NCBI GenBank assembly: GCA_964347285.1
Contig: CAYFYE010000011.1
Span: 1-37,042, forward strand
DNA length: 37,042 nucleotides
Direction: 5' to 3'
Origin: an uncultured Acidimicrobiia bacterium
Lineage (GTDB): Bacteria > Actinomycetota > Acidimicrobiia > Spongiisociales > JAOTWH01
The notes beneath the pieces were generated by a model, which searched no databases, had not been told where the DNA came from, and saw only the letters and a list, made by a program, of their open reading frames with translations. The position numbers were made by a program, and so were the translations under genes. Within the stretch, counting starts at the first letter, position 1. Each line of letters begins with the position of its first letter. Below are positions 18,576 to 27,679 of the stretch, in pieces.

Positions 18576-19286
18576 ATGATGGCCGACAGCTCAGATAGGG
18601 CCCAGCAACCGGCCGCCGCAACCAAGGATCAGGCGTCCCAGTCGCAGGCGCCGTCGGGCAAGATCGGGAGCGACAGGGGTCAGACGCAGGGAAACCCGCT
18701 GGCACAGCCGGCCAGCCCATACGACTCGGCTCCCACGGTCGGTGCCACAGGCCGAACCCCGACGTTGTGGCGCTCCTCCATTCGGCCCGTGGTCAAGTCC
18801 CCGGACGGCTGGTTGCTGGACGAGCTACACAGCACACTCGACGCCGGCAAGCGCGAGGTGCGGGGCTTACGGCGCCGCCTGCGCATCACGTATTGGGCCA
18901 CCATCGTTCTCTCGGTGGGCCTGTTCCTCTTCGGAGTAGCGCTGATCGGTTTCCCGGCCCGCGCCTTCTTCCGCGGCGACATCGATGAAATCAGCTTCGC
19001 CATCCTCGGCGGTTTCGGCGGCCTGGTGCTCGCCCTGCTCCTCTACTTCCGTCCGCTGGAGAGGCTGCAGGCGCTGGTGGCCGATTCCACGTATGTCGCC
19101 ATGGTGAAGGACAGCTTTCAATACCAGGTCACACTGCGTCTGCTGGCTCTCGACACCGACGATCCCGAAAGCCTGACCAGCGCAGCCGGCTACGTGGCCG
19201 AAGCCGCCCAGGCGTCCATGGATCTGGTCTATACCCAGATGCAAGCCCGCCGCGCCGCCGGCTACTCGAGCGCTGTGGGCGTCTAG
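18576..19286 (+). CDS. Hypothetical membrane protein (2 TM helices, disordered N-terminus)
   Basis: AGGAGG RBS and two hydrophobic segments (TIVLSVGLFLFGVALIGF; FAILGGFGGLVLALLLYF). Confidence 0.8.
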   Translation: MMADSSDRAQQPAAATKDQASQSQAPSGKIGSDRGQTQGNPLAQPASPYDSAPTVGATGRTPTLWRSSIRPVVKSPDGWLLDELHSTLDAGKREVRGLRRRLRITYWATIVLSVGLFLFGVALIGFPARAFFRGDIDEISFAILGGFGGLVLALLLYFRPLERLQALVADSTYVAMVKDSFQYQVTLRLLALDTDDPESLTSAAGYVAEAAQASMDLVYTQMQARRAAGYSSAVGV

Positions 19287-19294
19287 CCGGCGCC

Positions 19295-20077
19295 ATGCGA
19301 ACCATCGCCGTGGGGGTGCTGCTGGCCCTGGTCGTCACCGCGTGCGGCGACGCAACCGAACCCGAGAGCCCGACCGCACCGTCGCCGGTCGTCACCGGCC
19401 CGGGGGCTCCCACCACGGTATCGGAACCAGACGAGACGGCTCCGATCACATCCGAGGCCGACGAGTCCGCAGCGGCCGGCCCGAGGGAGTTGACCTTCAC
19501 CACGTCGGACGGTCTCGTACTCGAAGGGACGGCATTCGGAGACGGTCCGGACTGGGTGGTGCTGGCCCACATGCGCCCGGCGGACATGAGCTCGTGGTTC
19601 CCGTTCGCCCGGCTCCTGGCCGGCGAGGGCTACTCCGCTCTTGCGTTCAACTTCCGCGGCTACGGCAACAGCGAGGGCGACGGATTCGATGTCGAGAGTG
19701 ACGTCATCGCCGCCATCGACTTTGCTCTCGACCAAGGAGCCGAACGACTGTTCGTCATGGGAGCCTCGATGGGCGGCACCGGGTCGCTGGCCGCCTCCGC
19801 CCGGCGGGACGTGGCCGGGGTGGTCACCTTGTCGGCGCCGGCGGCGTTCGAGGGCACAGACGGCCTGGGTGCGGTGCCCAACATCGTCGCCCCCAAGCTG
19901 TTCATCGCCGGCGATGGCGATGCCGACTACGCCGACATCGCCAACACCCTGGCCGACGCAGCTGCAGAACCCAAGGAGGTGGCGATCTACGCCTCGGGCG
20001 AGCACGGCACCAACCTGTTCGAGAGCAACGGCGATGAACTGACCGCGCTGCTGTTCGAATTCCTGGCCGGGAGTTGA
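19295..20077 (+). CDS. Alpha/beta hydrolase lipoprotein
   Basis: Lipobox LVVTA-C, Pro/Thr linker, FNFRGYGNS, nucleophile GASMG, C-terminal HGT. Confidence 0.88.
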   Translation: MRTIAVGVLLALVVTACGDATEPESPTAPSPVVTGPGAPTTVSEPDETAPITSEADESAAAGPRELTFTTSDGLVLEGTAFGDGPDWVVLAHMRPADMSSWFPFARLLAGEGYSALAFNFRGYGNSEGDGFDVESDVIAAIDFALDQGAERLFVMGASMGGTGSLAASARRDVAGVVTLSAPAAFEGTDGLGAVPNIVAPKLFIAGDGDADYADIANTLADAAAEPKEVAIYASGEHGTNLFESNGDELTALLFEFLAGS

Positions 20078-20143
20078 CGCTCCCCCGCCCGGTAGGGAAG
20101 GGGGATCCAGAGGACGCCAACCAGGAAGAGGGCGAACGGTCGG

Positions 20144-20569
20144 TCAGTCGATCTCGGGGGGCCGGCGCAGCTGCTTGATTTGAGCCCGGCGGCGCTTCTT
20201 CTCCACACGCCGTCGCTTGGCCGCCGGCCCGGGGCGAGTGGGGCGCCGCCGCTTGGGTGGGATGAGGGCACTTCCCACGATCTCGGCCAAGCGCCGACGA
20301 GCGGTTTGTCGATTGCGCCACTGGGAACGGGATTCGTCGACGATCACCGCCACCACCCCGTCCTGGACCCGGGTCCCCAGCCTGGCGATCAGGCCGGAAC
20401 GGAGGTCGTCATCGACCGCCTCGCTGGAACCGAGGTCCCATCGCAATTCGGCACGGGTCGCCGAGCGATTGGCGTGCTGACCGCCGGGCCCGCCCGACGT
20501 TGTGAAGCGCCACTCGAGCTCTCGCTCGGGAATGACGAGTTTGTCGCCCACCACCAGGTCCTCGCTCAT
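20144..20569 (-). CDS. arfB: Alternative ribosome rescue peptidyl-tRNA hydrolase ArfB
   Basis: SGGPGGQHAN (GGQ), RSQWRNR, basic tail RRPTRPG...KKRRRAQIKQLR. Confidence 0.93.
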   Translation of the reverse strand: MSEDLVVGDKLVIPERELEWRFTTSGGPGGQHANRSATRAELRWDLGSSEAVDDDLRSGLIARLGTRVQDGVVAVIVDESRSQWRNRQTARRRLAEIVGSALIPPKRRRPTRPGPAAKRRRVEKKRRRAQIKQLRRPPEID

Positions 20570-20660
20570 ACCTTCATTATGCGGCAGCAACACCCCCAAA
20601 CCTTGGTACTCGGTCGATATGCCTTCGGTCTTGTCTGGTGATGCGGCACAATGGGGGGTT

Positions 20661-22766
20661 ATGCGCGCTCGCAACGAGACGATCCTCGCTTCGGTCCTGC
20701 CGCCCGAGGAGCGGACGATCGAGGCGGTCGTGGCCCGCTACCAGCGGGTGGCCCCCGCCGTCACCCGATTCGCTCGCTCGCTGTCGGGCAACGACGAGCT
20801 GGTGGTCCGCCTCGGATCGAAGACGGCGGCCTCTGATCACGAAATCGTGGTCGATCCCGGCGTATTCCAAGCCGCCTATACCCGGTCGGCGCCGGTCACC
20901 CCGCCCGAGGTGGCGCTGGCGACGGCTCTACACGAGGTCGTCCATCTGGTGGCCACCGACCTCGACGAGCGCCGTCCCCTCCCCAGGGAGTGGCTTCCCG
21001 ACGATTATCAAGGGGAGGTATCACTGGAGCCGCTGTCTCTGCTCGATGCGCTCGGCGAGGCGGGCGGACCGGCCGCCGAAGCGCTCTTCTTTACTCTCGA
21101 GGACGCCCGCCAGGAGCTGCAGCTGTTCGTCGGCTACGACGGAGCGCGTTCGGTCCTCGCCGATCTCTATCTCTCCTCGGTATCCGCCGCCATGGAGGAA
21201 GCCCGGCCGCTGGGCCAGTTCGCCCTGAGCGCATTCTTGGTGACGGCCCGTTACCTGTCCAAGGAGCATCTGCAGAAGCGGACCGAACCGCACGTCGCTA
21301 CGGCGCTGGACGACGCCGTGCCCTTCCTCGACGAGGCTCGAACGGCAGGCGACGCCTGGGAGGTGGCCGGCCTCGCTCTCCAGCTCCTGGCGGTGGCTCG
21401 CCTCCACGGATTGGTGTCGGATGCCGCCGAAAACGAGACGGTCGGCCAAGCCGAGCGCCGCGAGGCCGACGAAGCCGAGGCCCTGGCCGAGGGTATCGAT
21501 GCCGTCCGCATCGTCAGTCCCATCCTGCGCGACTCGGTCGGCTACGAGGAGACCCGTGGGTCGGCCGAGGCGCTCGCGGCCGAGCACGGCCGTACCGGTG
21601 AGGTCGATCAAGCCGGCGATGCCAGCACCGATCAGATCGTTCGCATCTCCGAAGCCCCCACCGTGTACCTGCCGTCGGGCCAGGGAGGCAAGCTCCTGGT
21701 AGGACGCATTCCCAGTCGCTTCAGCCGGTTCGCCCCCCAAGGCCGCACCGCCCTGGCCGAGACCGCTCGGCGTTGGGGAGTGGCGCAACGCCGGGTGTCC
21801 GGTGAGCTGTATCCGCTCTTCTTGGCCAATCAGCGGCGTGGCCTTCGGTCCGGCTACGACGCCGGGGACTTGTCGCCCCACGCCGCCCTCTTGATTGGTG
21901 CCGGACTCTACGAGCGCATGTTCGAGCGACGGGCTGTGGCCACCCGTCGTTCGTATGCGGTGAGCCTTCTGATCGACGGCTCGGCCAGCATGCTGCAACC
22001 GCGCGGCCTCGACCAGGCTCATCGCCGCCCCTGGGCCATGGCCGCCGCCACGCTCGGAGCGTGGACCTTGGCCCGCCTGGCCGAAGAGCTGCAGGTCGAG
22101 TTCGAGGTGGCCCTGTTCAACCGTTCGTTCGCCGCCACCCAAGACGACAGCGAGCAGTCGTTCGTCGGGCGCCTCAACACGACCCACGGCGAGCTGCGCC
22201 GCACCCGGGGTGGTGCGGCCGGGCGGCTCACCCGCACCGTCAACCACTATCTGATCAAGACTTTCGACGACCGGTGGCGCAATGCCGAGGATCTCCTCGC
22301 CGGGCTGTTCTGGACGGCGGCCGTGCCCAAGGAGGCGGCCGCCGAGGCTCGCCGCTATCCCGATCAGGCGCCGCCTGTGTCCATGTTCACCAAGGCCGCC
22401 AACGTCGACGAGTTCAACGTGGGTTACGCCGCCGAGCGCCTCGGCTCACGCCGAGCTCCGTCCCGCATGCTGGTCGTGCTCGCCGACGGGATGACCAGGG
22501 GTTCGGTGGCCGCCCTGGCGGAGGCGGTCGCCGAAGTGGAGCATTCCGGTACCACGGTGCTCGGCATCGGCATCGGCGACACCACCGTGGAGACCGCCTA
22601 CCGTCGCAACGAGGTCGTTGAACGTCCCGAGGCTCTGGCCCAGGCGATGGTCGAAGGAGTGCGGGGCGCCCTGGCACGGGCCCTGGCGGTTTGGGGTGGA
22701 GACACCTGGTGGGGCCATTCCTCGGAGCGGACCCCCTACCATCTGCCGACCGCAAGGAGAGCCTGA
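20661..22766 (+). CDS. VWA-domain protein with N-terminal HEXXH/EDAR region (CobT/NorD-like architecture)
   Basis: LHEVVH at 20931-20945, LEDAR at about 21096, MIDAS LLIDGSASM at about 21966, VVLADG, VLGIGIG. Start chosen at MRARNET. Confidence 0.85.
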   Translation: MRARNETILASVLPPEERTIEAVVARYQRVAPAVTRFARSLSGNDELVVRLGSKTAASDHEIVVDPGVFQAAYTRSAPVTPPEVALATALHEVVHLVATDLDERRPLPREWLPDDYQGEVSLEPLSLLDALGEAGGPAAEALFFTLEDARQELQLFVGYDGARSVLADLYLSSVSAAMEEARPLGQFALSAFLVTARYLSKEHLQKRTEPHVATALDDAVPFLDEARTAGDAWEVAGLALQLLAVARLHGLVSDAAENETVGQAERREADEAEALAEGIDAVRIVSPILRDSVGYEETRGSAEALAAEHGRTGEVDQAGDASTDQIVRISEAPTVYLPSGQGGKLLVGRIPSRFSRFAPQGRTALAETARRWGVAQRRVSGELYPLFLANQRRGLRSGYDAGDLSPHAALLIGAGLYERMFERRAVATRRSYAVSLLIDGSASMLQPRGLDQAHRRPWAMAAATLGAWTLARLAEELQVEFEVALFNRSFAATQDDSEQSFVGRLNTTHGELRRTRGGAAGRLTRTVNHYLIKTFDDRWRNAEDLLAGLFWTAAVPKEAAAEARRYPDQAPPVSMFTKAANVDEFNVGYAAERLGSRRAPSRMLVVLADGMTRGSVAALAEAVAEVEHSGTTVLGIGIGDTTVETAYRRNEVVERPEALAQAMVEGVRGALARALAVWGGDTWWGHSSERTPYHLPTARRA

Positions 22767-23755
22767 TGCCCGACACGGTCACCTTCACCGACCCCTCTGG
22801 GGAATGCAAGCCCATCGAACTGGAGACGTTCGTACTCCCCAAGGGCATAGCCGATCGGGCTCAGCGCAGGGAACGCATCCCCGACCCCGACCCGTACTAC
22901 GTGGACCTGGGCATGCTCTTCCGGATGGCCCAGCTCGAAGACACTCGCCGCCGGCACTTCGCCGAAGTCCCTCTCCACCTGGCACTCCGAGGCCACATGG
23001 GCACCGGCAAGGACCACGACCTCGAGCAGTTCGCCGCCCTGCTCCACCTCCCCTACTACCGCATCCCCCTGACCGGCGAAGTCCGGGACATCACCCTGAT
23101 CGGCTCGGTGAAACTCTACGGGGACGGCCGGGGGGGCACCGAGAGCCGCTGGGAGGATGGCGACATCACCAGGGCGCTGCGCGGGCCGGCGCTCCTCAAT
23201 CTCTCCGAGTTGAACGCAGCCGGAGCCGAGACCCTGTTCGCACTGCACGGCCTGCTCGACCGATACCAGGCACTGGGTTTGCCCACCGGTGAAACGGTCC
23301 ACCTGCGCGACGATGTGCGCCTGTTCGGCACGATGAACCCCACCGACCTTCGCGACTACGCCGGCACCCAGACCCTCAACAAGGCGTTCGCCGACCGATG
23401 GGTCATCTGGGAGAAATCCTTCCCCACCGAGGAGCAGGTCGCCGAGATGCTGCACCGGCGCTACCCCGACCTCAAGGACGAGTTCATCGACGTGATCGGG
23501 CGGCTCGCCATCGAAGTCAACAACTCATTCACCGCCCCCGACGTGCGGACCCGGGTGGAGACGCCGATGAGCCTGCGCACCGTCCTCGACCGCGTCCCGG
23601 CCGGCCTCCATATCTACCAGGACGCCGACGATCCGCTGCGCCGATCCTGGGAGGAGTTCGTCCTTCCCCGCATCGATCCCTACGACCGCGACCACTACGA
23701 GACGGTGTGGAGCGCGGTGGCCCGCACCGGGCCCTCCGGCCCACCGTTCGGATGA
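22766..23755 (+). CDS. MoxR/CbbQ/CobS-like AAA+ ATPase with atypical Walker motifs
   Basis: LRGHMGTGKD, WEDGDITRAL, LLNLSELNAA, GTMNP, YAGTQTLNKAFADRW, MSLR. TGATG overlap with the VWA gene and AAGGAG RBS. Confidence 0.9.
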   Translation: MPDTVTFTDPSGECKPIELETFVLPKGIADRAQRRERIPDPDPYYVDLGMLFRMAQLEDTRRRHFAEVPLHLALRGHMGTGKDHDLEQFAALLHLPYYRIPLTGEVRDITLIGSVKLYGDGRGGTESRWEDGDITRALRGPALLNLSELNAAGAETLFALHGLLDRYQALGLPTGETVHLRDDVRLFGTMNPTDLRDYAGTQTLNKAFADRWVIWEKSFPTEEQVAEMLHRRYPDLKDEFIDVIGRLAIEVNNSFTAPDVRTRVETPMSLRTVLDRVPAGLHIYQDADDPLRRSWEEFVLPRIDPYDRDHYETVWSAVARTGPSGPPFG

Positions 23756-23792
23756 CGAGGCAGGAAGCGATGATTACTACCTTGAGAGCACG

Positions 23793-24866
23793 ATGAGCAA
23801 ACGACCCGAGCGTGGCTACGACCTCGGCGACCCCGAGCTGGACCGCAAGCTCGAGGAGCTGGTTGCGGCCGTCATCGAGAAGCGGGGCGACCACACCAAC
23901 CACACCCACGATGTCGACCTGATCGGGGAGCTCCTGGTGAGTGGCCTGAAGATGCTGAAGGACGAGACCCCGCGAGCCGACCTCAAGCTCGCCAACAGTG
24001 CCCTCAAGGAGATGCGCTATTCATTTCTCATCTTCAACCAGTATCGGGCCATCCCCAAGGTGACGATCTTCGGCTCGGCCCGTACCCCGGCCGAGGATCC
24101 CAACTACCAGCTGGCCGCCGAGTTTGCCCGGGAGATGGCGGACAACCGGGGCTGGATGGTCATCACCGGCGCCGGCCCGGGGATCATGGAGGCCGGCAAC
24201 CTGGGCGCCGGCGAGGCCGGGTTCGGCGTCAACATCCGCCTCCCCTTCGAGTCGGAGCCCAATCCCTACCTGCACGAGAGCCGGACCATCAACTACAAGT
24301 ATTTCTTCACCCGAAAACTCATGTTCGTCAAGGAGTCCGATGCCTTCGTCATCTTCCCGGGCGGGTTCGGGACCCAGGACGAGCTCTTCGAGCTGTTGAC
24401 CCTCACTCAGACCGGCAAGAGCAACATGCACCCGATCGTGCTGATGGAAGCCGAGGGCACGAACTACTGGAAGGCTTGGCGTCACTTCACCGGTGAGCTG
24501 GAAGATCAGGGGATGATCTCCCCGGAGGACAAGCACCTGTTCAAGTTCACCTCCGACGTCGAAGAGGCCGCCCAGGAGATATGCGACTTCTACCTCAACT
24601 ACCACTCACAGCGCTTCGTTCGGGGTCGGCTGGTGCTGCGCCTCCGCCACCCCACCACCCCCGGGCTGATCGAGGAGCTGAACGAGGACTTCGCCGACAT
24701 CTTGACCTCGGGCCGGATCGAGGCCATCGAAGCTACCGATGACGAGATCCGTGACGACGACAACGTCGATCTGTTCCGCATCAGCATGGATTTCAACCGG
24801 CGCCACTTCGGCCGGCTTCGTCAGCTCATCAACCGGCTCAATCAGATCCTCGGCTCTCCTTCCTGA
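23793..24866 (+). CDS. LOG family (TIGR00730-like) nucleotide phosphoribohydrolase, long form
   Basis: VTIFGSART, ITGAGPGIMEA, YFFTRKLMFVK, PGGFGTQDE. Confidence 0.93.
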   Translation: MSKRPERGYDLGDPELDRKLEELVAAVIEKRGDHTNHTHDVDLIGELLVSGLKMLKDETPRADLKLANSALKEMRYSFLIFNQYRAIPKVTIFGSARTPAEDPNYQLAAEFAREMADNRGWMVITGAGPGIMEAGNLGAGEAGFGVNIRLPFESEPNPYLHESRTINYKYFFTRKLMFVKESDAFVIFPGGFGTQDELFELLTLTQTGKSNMHPIVLMEAEGTNYWKAWRHFTGELEDQGMISPEDKHLFKFTSDVEEAAQEICDFYLNYHSQRFVRGRLVLRLRHPTTPGLIEELNEDFADILTSGRIEAIEATDDEIRDDDNVDLFRISMDFNRRHFGRLRQLINRLNQILGSPS

Positions 24867-24906
24867 CCAGGAACGGACTACCAGCCCAGGCCTAGAATGC
24901 GCGGTT

Positions 24907-25644
24907 GTGCATGAAATACTCGCCGACGTGGTGGCCGAACAGCAGGCTCTGGACCAGTTCCTGCAAGGCATAGGCGACCGCGACTGGCTGAAGCGGACCC
25001 CGGTGAACCGCTGGAACGTTCGCCAGCACATCGCCCACCTGGCGACCTTCGAGGAGTATGCCCGCGACGCTCTCGAGAGCCGGGGATCGCGCCTCTCTGA
25101 AGCACTCGACTTCGCCACGTTCGACGAATTCGTGAACGACACCGCCGACCGGGGCCCGGCCCGATCTCAAGAGGTCATCGAGTGGTGGAGGCTGGCTCGG
25201 GCAGCCGTCGTCGACTCGCTGAGCCGCAAAGATCCCGGCGAGCGCGTGCCTTGGTTCGCCGGCAAGATGAGCGCCAAGACCTTCGCCACGTCGCGCCTGG
25301 TCGACACGTGGCTCCATGCTCTCGATATCCACACCACGTTCGGCTCCGAACCCGAGGAGCTGGATCGCCTGCGACATGTGGCCTGGTTCGGCTGGAAGTC
25401 GCTCCCCTATGCGTTCGAGGTCAACGGAGAGGACTACAAGGAGCCGGTCCGGGTCGAGCTGATCGGGCCCGGCTACGCCAAATGGGTCTTCGGTCCGGAG
25501 GACGCCGAGCACGTGATCAAGGGCAAGGCGTCCGAGTGGTGCCGGGTGTGTGTCGGCCGCCTCGACGCCGACAAGGCACGCAGCCTCGTGCCCGAGGGCA
25601 AAATGGCGGAACTCGCCCTGCGGGTGGCCCGCACCTACGTGTGA
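24907..25644 (+). CDS. Mycothiol-dependent maleylpyruvate isomerase-like (MDMPI, DinB-fold) metal-binding protein
   Basis: WNVRQHIAHL, VPWFAGKMSAKTFATSRLVDTWLHALDI, LRHVAWFG, WVFGPEDA. Leaderless-type GTG after TAGAAT. Confidence 0.85.
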   Translation: MHEILADVVAEQQALDQFLQGIGDRDWLKRTPVNRWNVRQHIAHLATFEEYARDALESRGSRLSEALDFATFDEFVNDTADRGPARSQEVIEWWRLARAAVVDSLSRKDPGERVPWFAGKMSAKTFATSRLVDTWLHALDIHTTFGSEPEELDRLRHVAWFGWKSLPYAFEVNGEDYKEPVRVELIGPGYAKWVFGPEDAEHVIKGKASEWCRVCVGRLDADKARSLVPEGKMAELALRVARTYV

Positions 25645-26075
25645 CGGCGTCCCGCTTCGACCCCGGACCCATCCACCTGCTCCGACTGGGCCCCGGCGAG
25701 GACCTGGTGGGGAGCATCACCGCCTACGCCAAGATCCACGACATTCGTTCCGCCTCGGTCACCCTCCTCGGGGCGGTTCGCTCCGCCTCGTTGCGTTACT
25801 TCGACCAGCACCGCAAGGACTACCGCGACTTCCGCATCGCCCGCCCCCTCGAGGTCACCTCCGGAATCGGCAACATATCGATCCTGGACGACGAGCCCTT
25901 CCTCCACGCCCACGCCACCTTCTCCGACGAGGACGGCCAGACCTTCTCGGGCCATATCAACTTCGGGACCGAGGTCTTCCACATCGAGGCTACGATCCAA
26001 GAGCTCGATGGGGTGGCCCCGGTCCGTGAGATGGAAGAGCTGACCGGCTTGATGGTGTGGAGCATGGACCGGTAA
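25641..26075 (+). CDS. PPC/DUF296 domain protein
   Basis: LLRLGPGEDL, LEVTSGIGNIS, PFLHAHATFS...SGH. GTGA overlap with the upstream stop. Confidence 0.88.
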   Translation: MTASRFDPGPIHLLRLGPGEDLVGSITAYAKIHDIRSASVTLLGAVRSASLRYFDQHRKDYRDFRIARPLEVTSGIGNISILDDEPFLHAHATFSDEDGQTFSGHINFGTEVFHIEATIQELDGVAPVREMEELTGLMVWSMDR

Positions 26076-26218
26076 CGGTCCGAAAGGTCGCCGCCGACGG
26101 CGTCCACTGAGCTACCGGGCGGGGCCCCCGAACACCGGCCCACACGCCGCCGCCGATTCTGGGGGCCGCGTGCTCTCGCGATCCGTGGAGCGCTTGGCTT
26201 CGGCGTCGGGTCGGCCGG

Positions 26219-26519
26219 TTGCTCGACTTCGAAGCAATCCGTTCGGCGGCCTTTACCGGGGCGAGGAGGGTTCAGCGACTATCTCGCCGACCTGGACCTG
26301 ATCGGGATGGCCGGACACGAGATCGAGTCCGTGTTGAAGGAAGGGAACCGGACTGGCCCCGTGATCCACGTCGACTCGACCGTGAAGGCGACGAGGAAGG
26401 GACGGCGGCTCGAGCGTTCACATCCACGACTTCGCCGACGACGAAACTCGTTCGACTTCGCCGGGTTGCCGCCTACGACGGGAGGGCTGGAACCCCTGGC
26501 GGAAGTCACGATCGCGTGA
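26219..26519 (+). pseudogene. Possible degraded ORF remnant
   Basis: Protein-like pieces in shifting frames (LDFEAIRSAAFTG / FSDYLADLDLIGMAGHEIESVLKEG...VIHVDSTVKA / VHIHDFADD / SFDFAGLPP...LEPLAEVTIA*). No recognisable family. Confidence 0.3.
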
Positions 26520-26709
26520 GCGAGGACCAGGCGACGCCGGTCGCCTCGGCCCTCCCGGTGGTGGTACGTCGGGTGGAGAGGGATCTCTCCGCCCGGCCTG
26601 CCCCCGAGAGACGGACGCCGAGGAGGCCGGGCTCAGGCCTCGATGACGGACACCGGCTGACATCGTGGCCCGGCCGAGTGCTACCCGTCGAGCTAGGAGA
26701 GGCCCCTCC

Positions 26710-27633
26710 TCACTCCTGAACGGCGGCCTCCTTGGGACGGGCGATGCGGCGGCCCAGTCTCCAGATGCCGAAGGCGAACAGAGCGAACAGCGCCACCGGC
26801 ACCACGGCCGCCGCGGCAACGATGAGGAAGCTGAAGATGCCCATGATCACCTGTCGGGCGCTGTCGAGCGCCTCCGCCAACTCCGATGGCTCCTTGGGCT
26901 CTTCCGGCGGCGGCAGCTCTGCCGGTGCCTCGGTGAGCGTCACGGTGACCGCGGATAGTTCGGTCCTCGACTCCAGATAGCGGAGCCGCCCTTCGATCTG
27001 CTCGATGGTGAGCTGTACCTCGCCCAATTCGTCCTGAAGGCGGAGCGCCTCTTCGATCGTGGCGGCCTCCTCCATGAGCCCCAACAAGAACGATTCGGTG
27101 GCCTTCCAGTGACGCAGTCGCGACTCGAGATCGACGAACTCCTCGCTGACGTCCTGAGTGTTCATCGTGAAGCTCACCTGTTCGCCGAGGGCGCCAAACG
27201 CATCGATGGCTTCGTCGAAACGGCCGGCCGGCACCCGAACGGTTGCGGTGCCGAACGCGAACTCGTCGTCCCCCTCCTCGAAGACGCCGGTGGAGGCGTC
27301 GCTGACGTAGCCGCCGAGATCGGCTGCGATGAGACGCAGCTCGCGCCACCGCTGCTGGAAGCTGCCCTGATCGACCCGGACCTGGAGCCCGGCGTCGCGG
27401 ATGATGCGCACCTGCGGTGACGAGATCTCGTCCACCGCGGGCACCTCGGATTCACCCGCACCCACCACGTCCACGCCGACCGACTTGAAACCGTCCTCCG
27501 GCTCGGCCGTAACCATCTCCCGCGACGGCGCCGTCTCTGCCTCGCCGCCCACGACCCCATCCGCCTCGTCTCCCGTAGTGCAGGCGGCGAGCGCAACGGC
27601 CATCGCAACGACCAGGATTCCCAATGGTTTCAT
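26710..27633 (-). CDS. DUF4349 domain lipoprotein with coiled coil and C-terminal TM anchor
   Basis: Lipobox ALAA-C, IIRDAGL, TVRVPAGRFD, QDVSEEFVDLESRL, IEQIEGRLRYL, C-terminal hydrophobic helix. Confidence 0.88.
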   Translation of the reverse strand: MKPLGILVVAMAVALAACTTGDEADGVVGGEAETAPSREMVTAEPEDGFKSVGVDVVGAGESEVPAVDEISSPQVRIIRDAGLQVRVDQGSFQQRWRELRLIAADLGGYVSDASTGVFEEGDDEFAFGTATVRVPAGRFDEAIDAFGALGEQVSFTMNTQDVSEEFVDLESRLRHWKATESFLLGLMEEAATIEEALRLQDELGEVQLTIEQIEGRLRYLESRTELSAVTVTLTEAPAELPPPEEPKEPSELAEALDSARQVIMGIFSFLIVAAAAVVPVALFALFAFGIWRLGRRIARPKEAAVQE

Positions 27634-27679
27634 CGTTCATCTCCCTTCGCTATCGAGGTAGAAACCCCATCGAAGGTGG

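Noticed and set aside
20661..23755. Annotating the VWA/AAA pair as cobaltochelatase cobT/cobS or norD/norQ
   Set aside because: Only the architecture is shared. No cob or nor genes are in the window and the Walker motifs are atypical, so no gene symbol was assigned.
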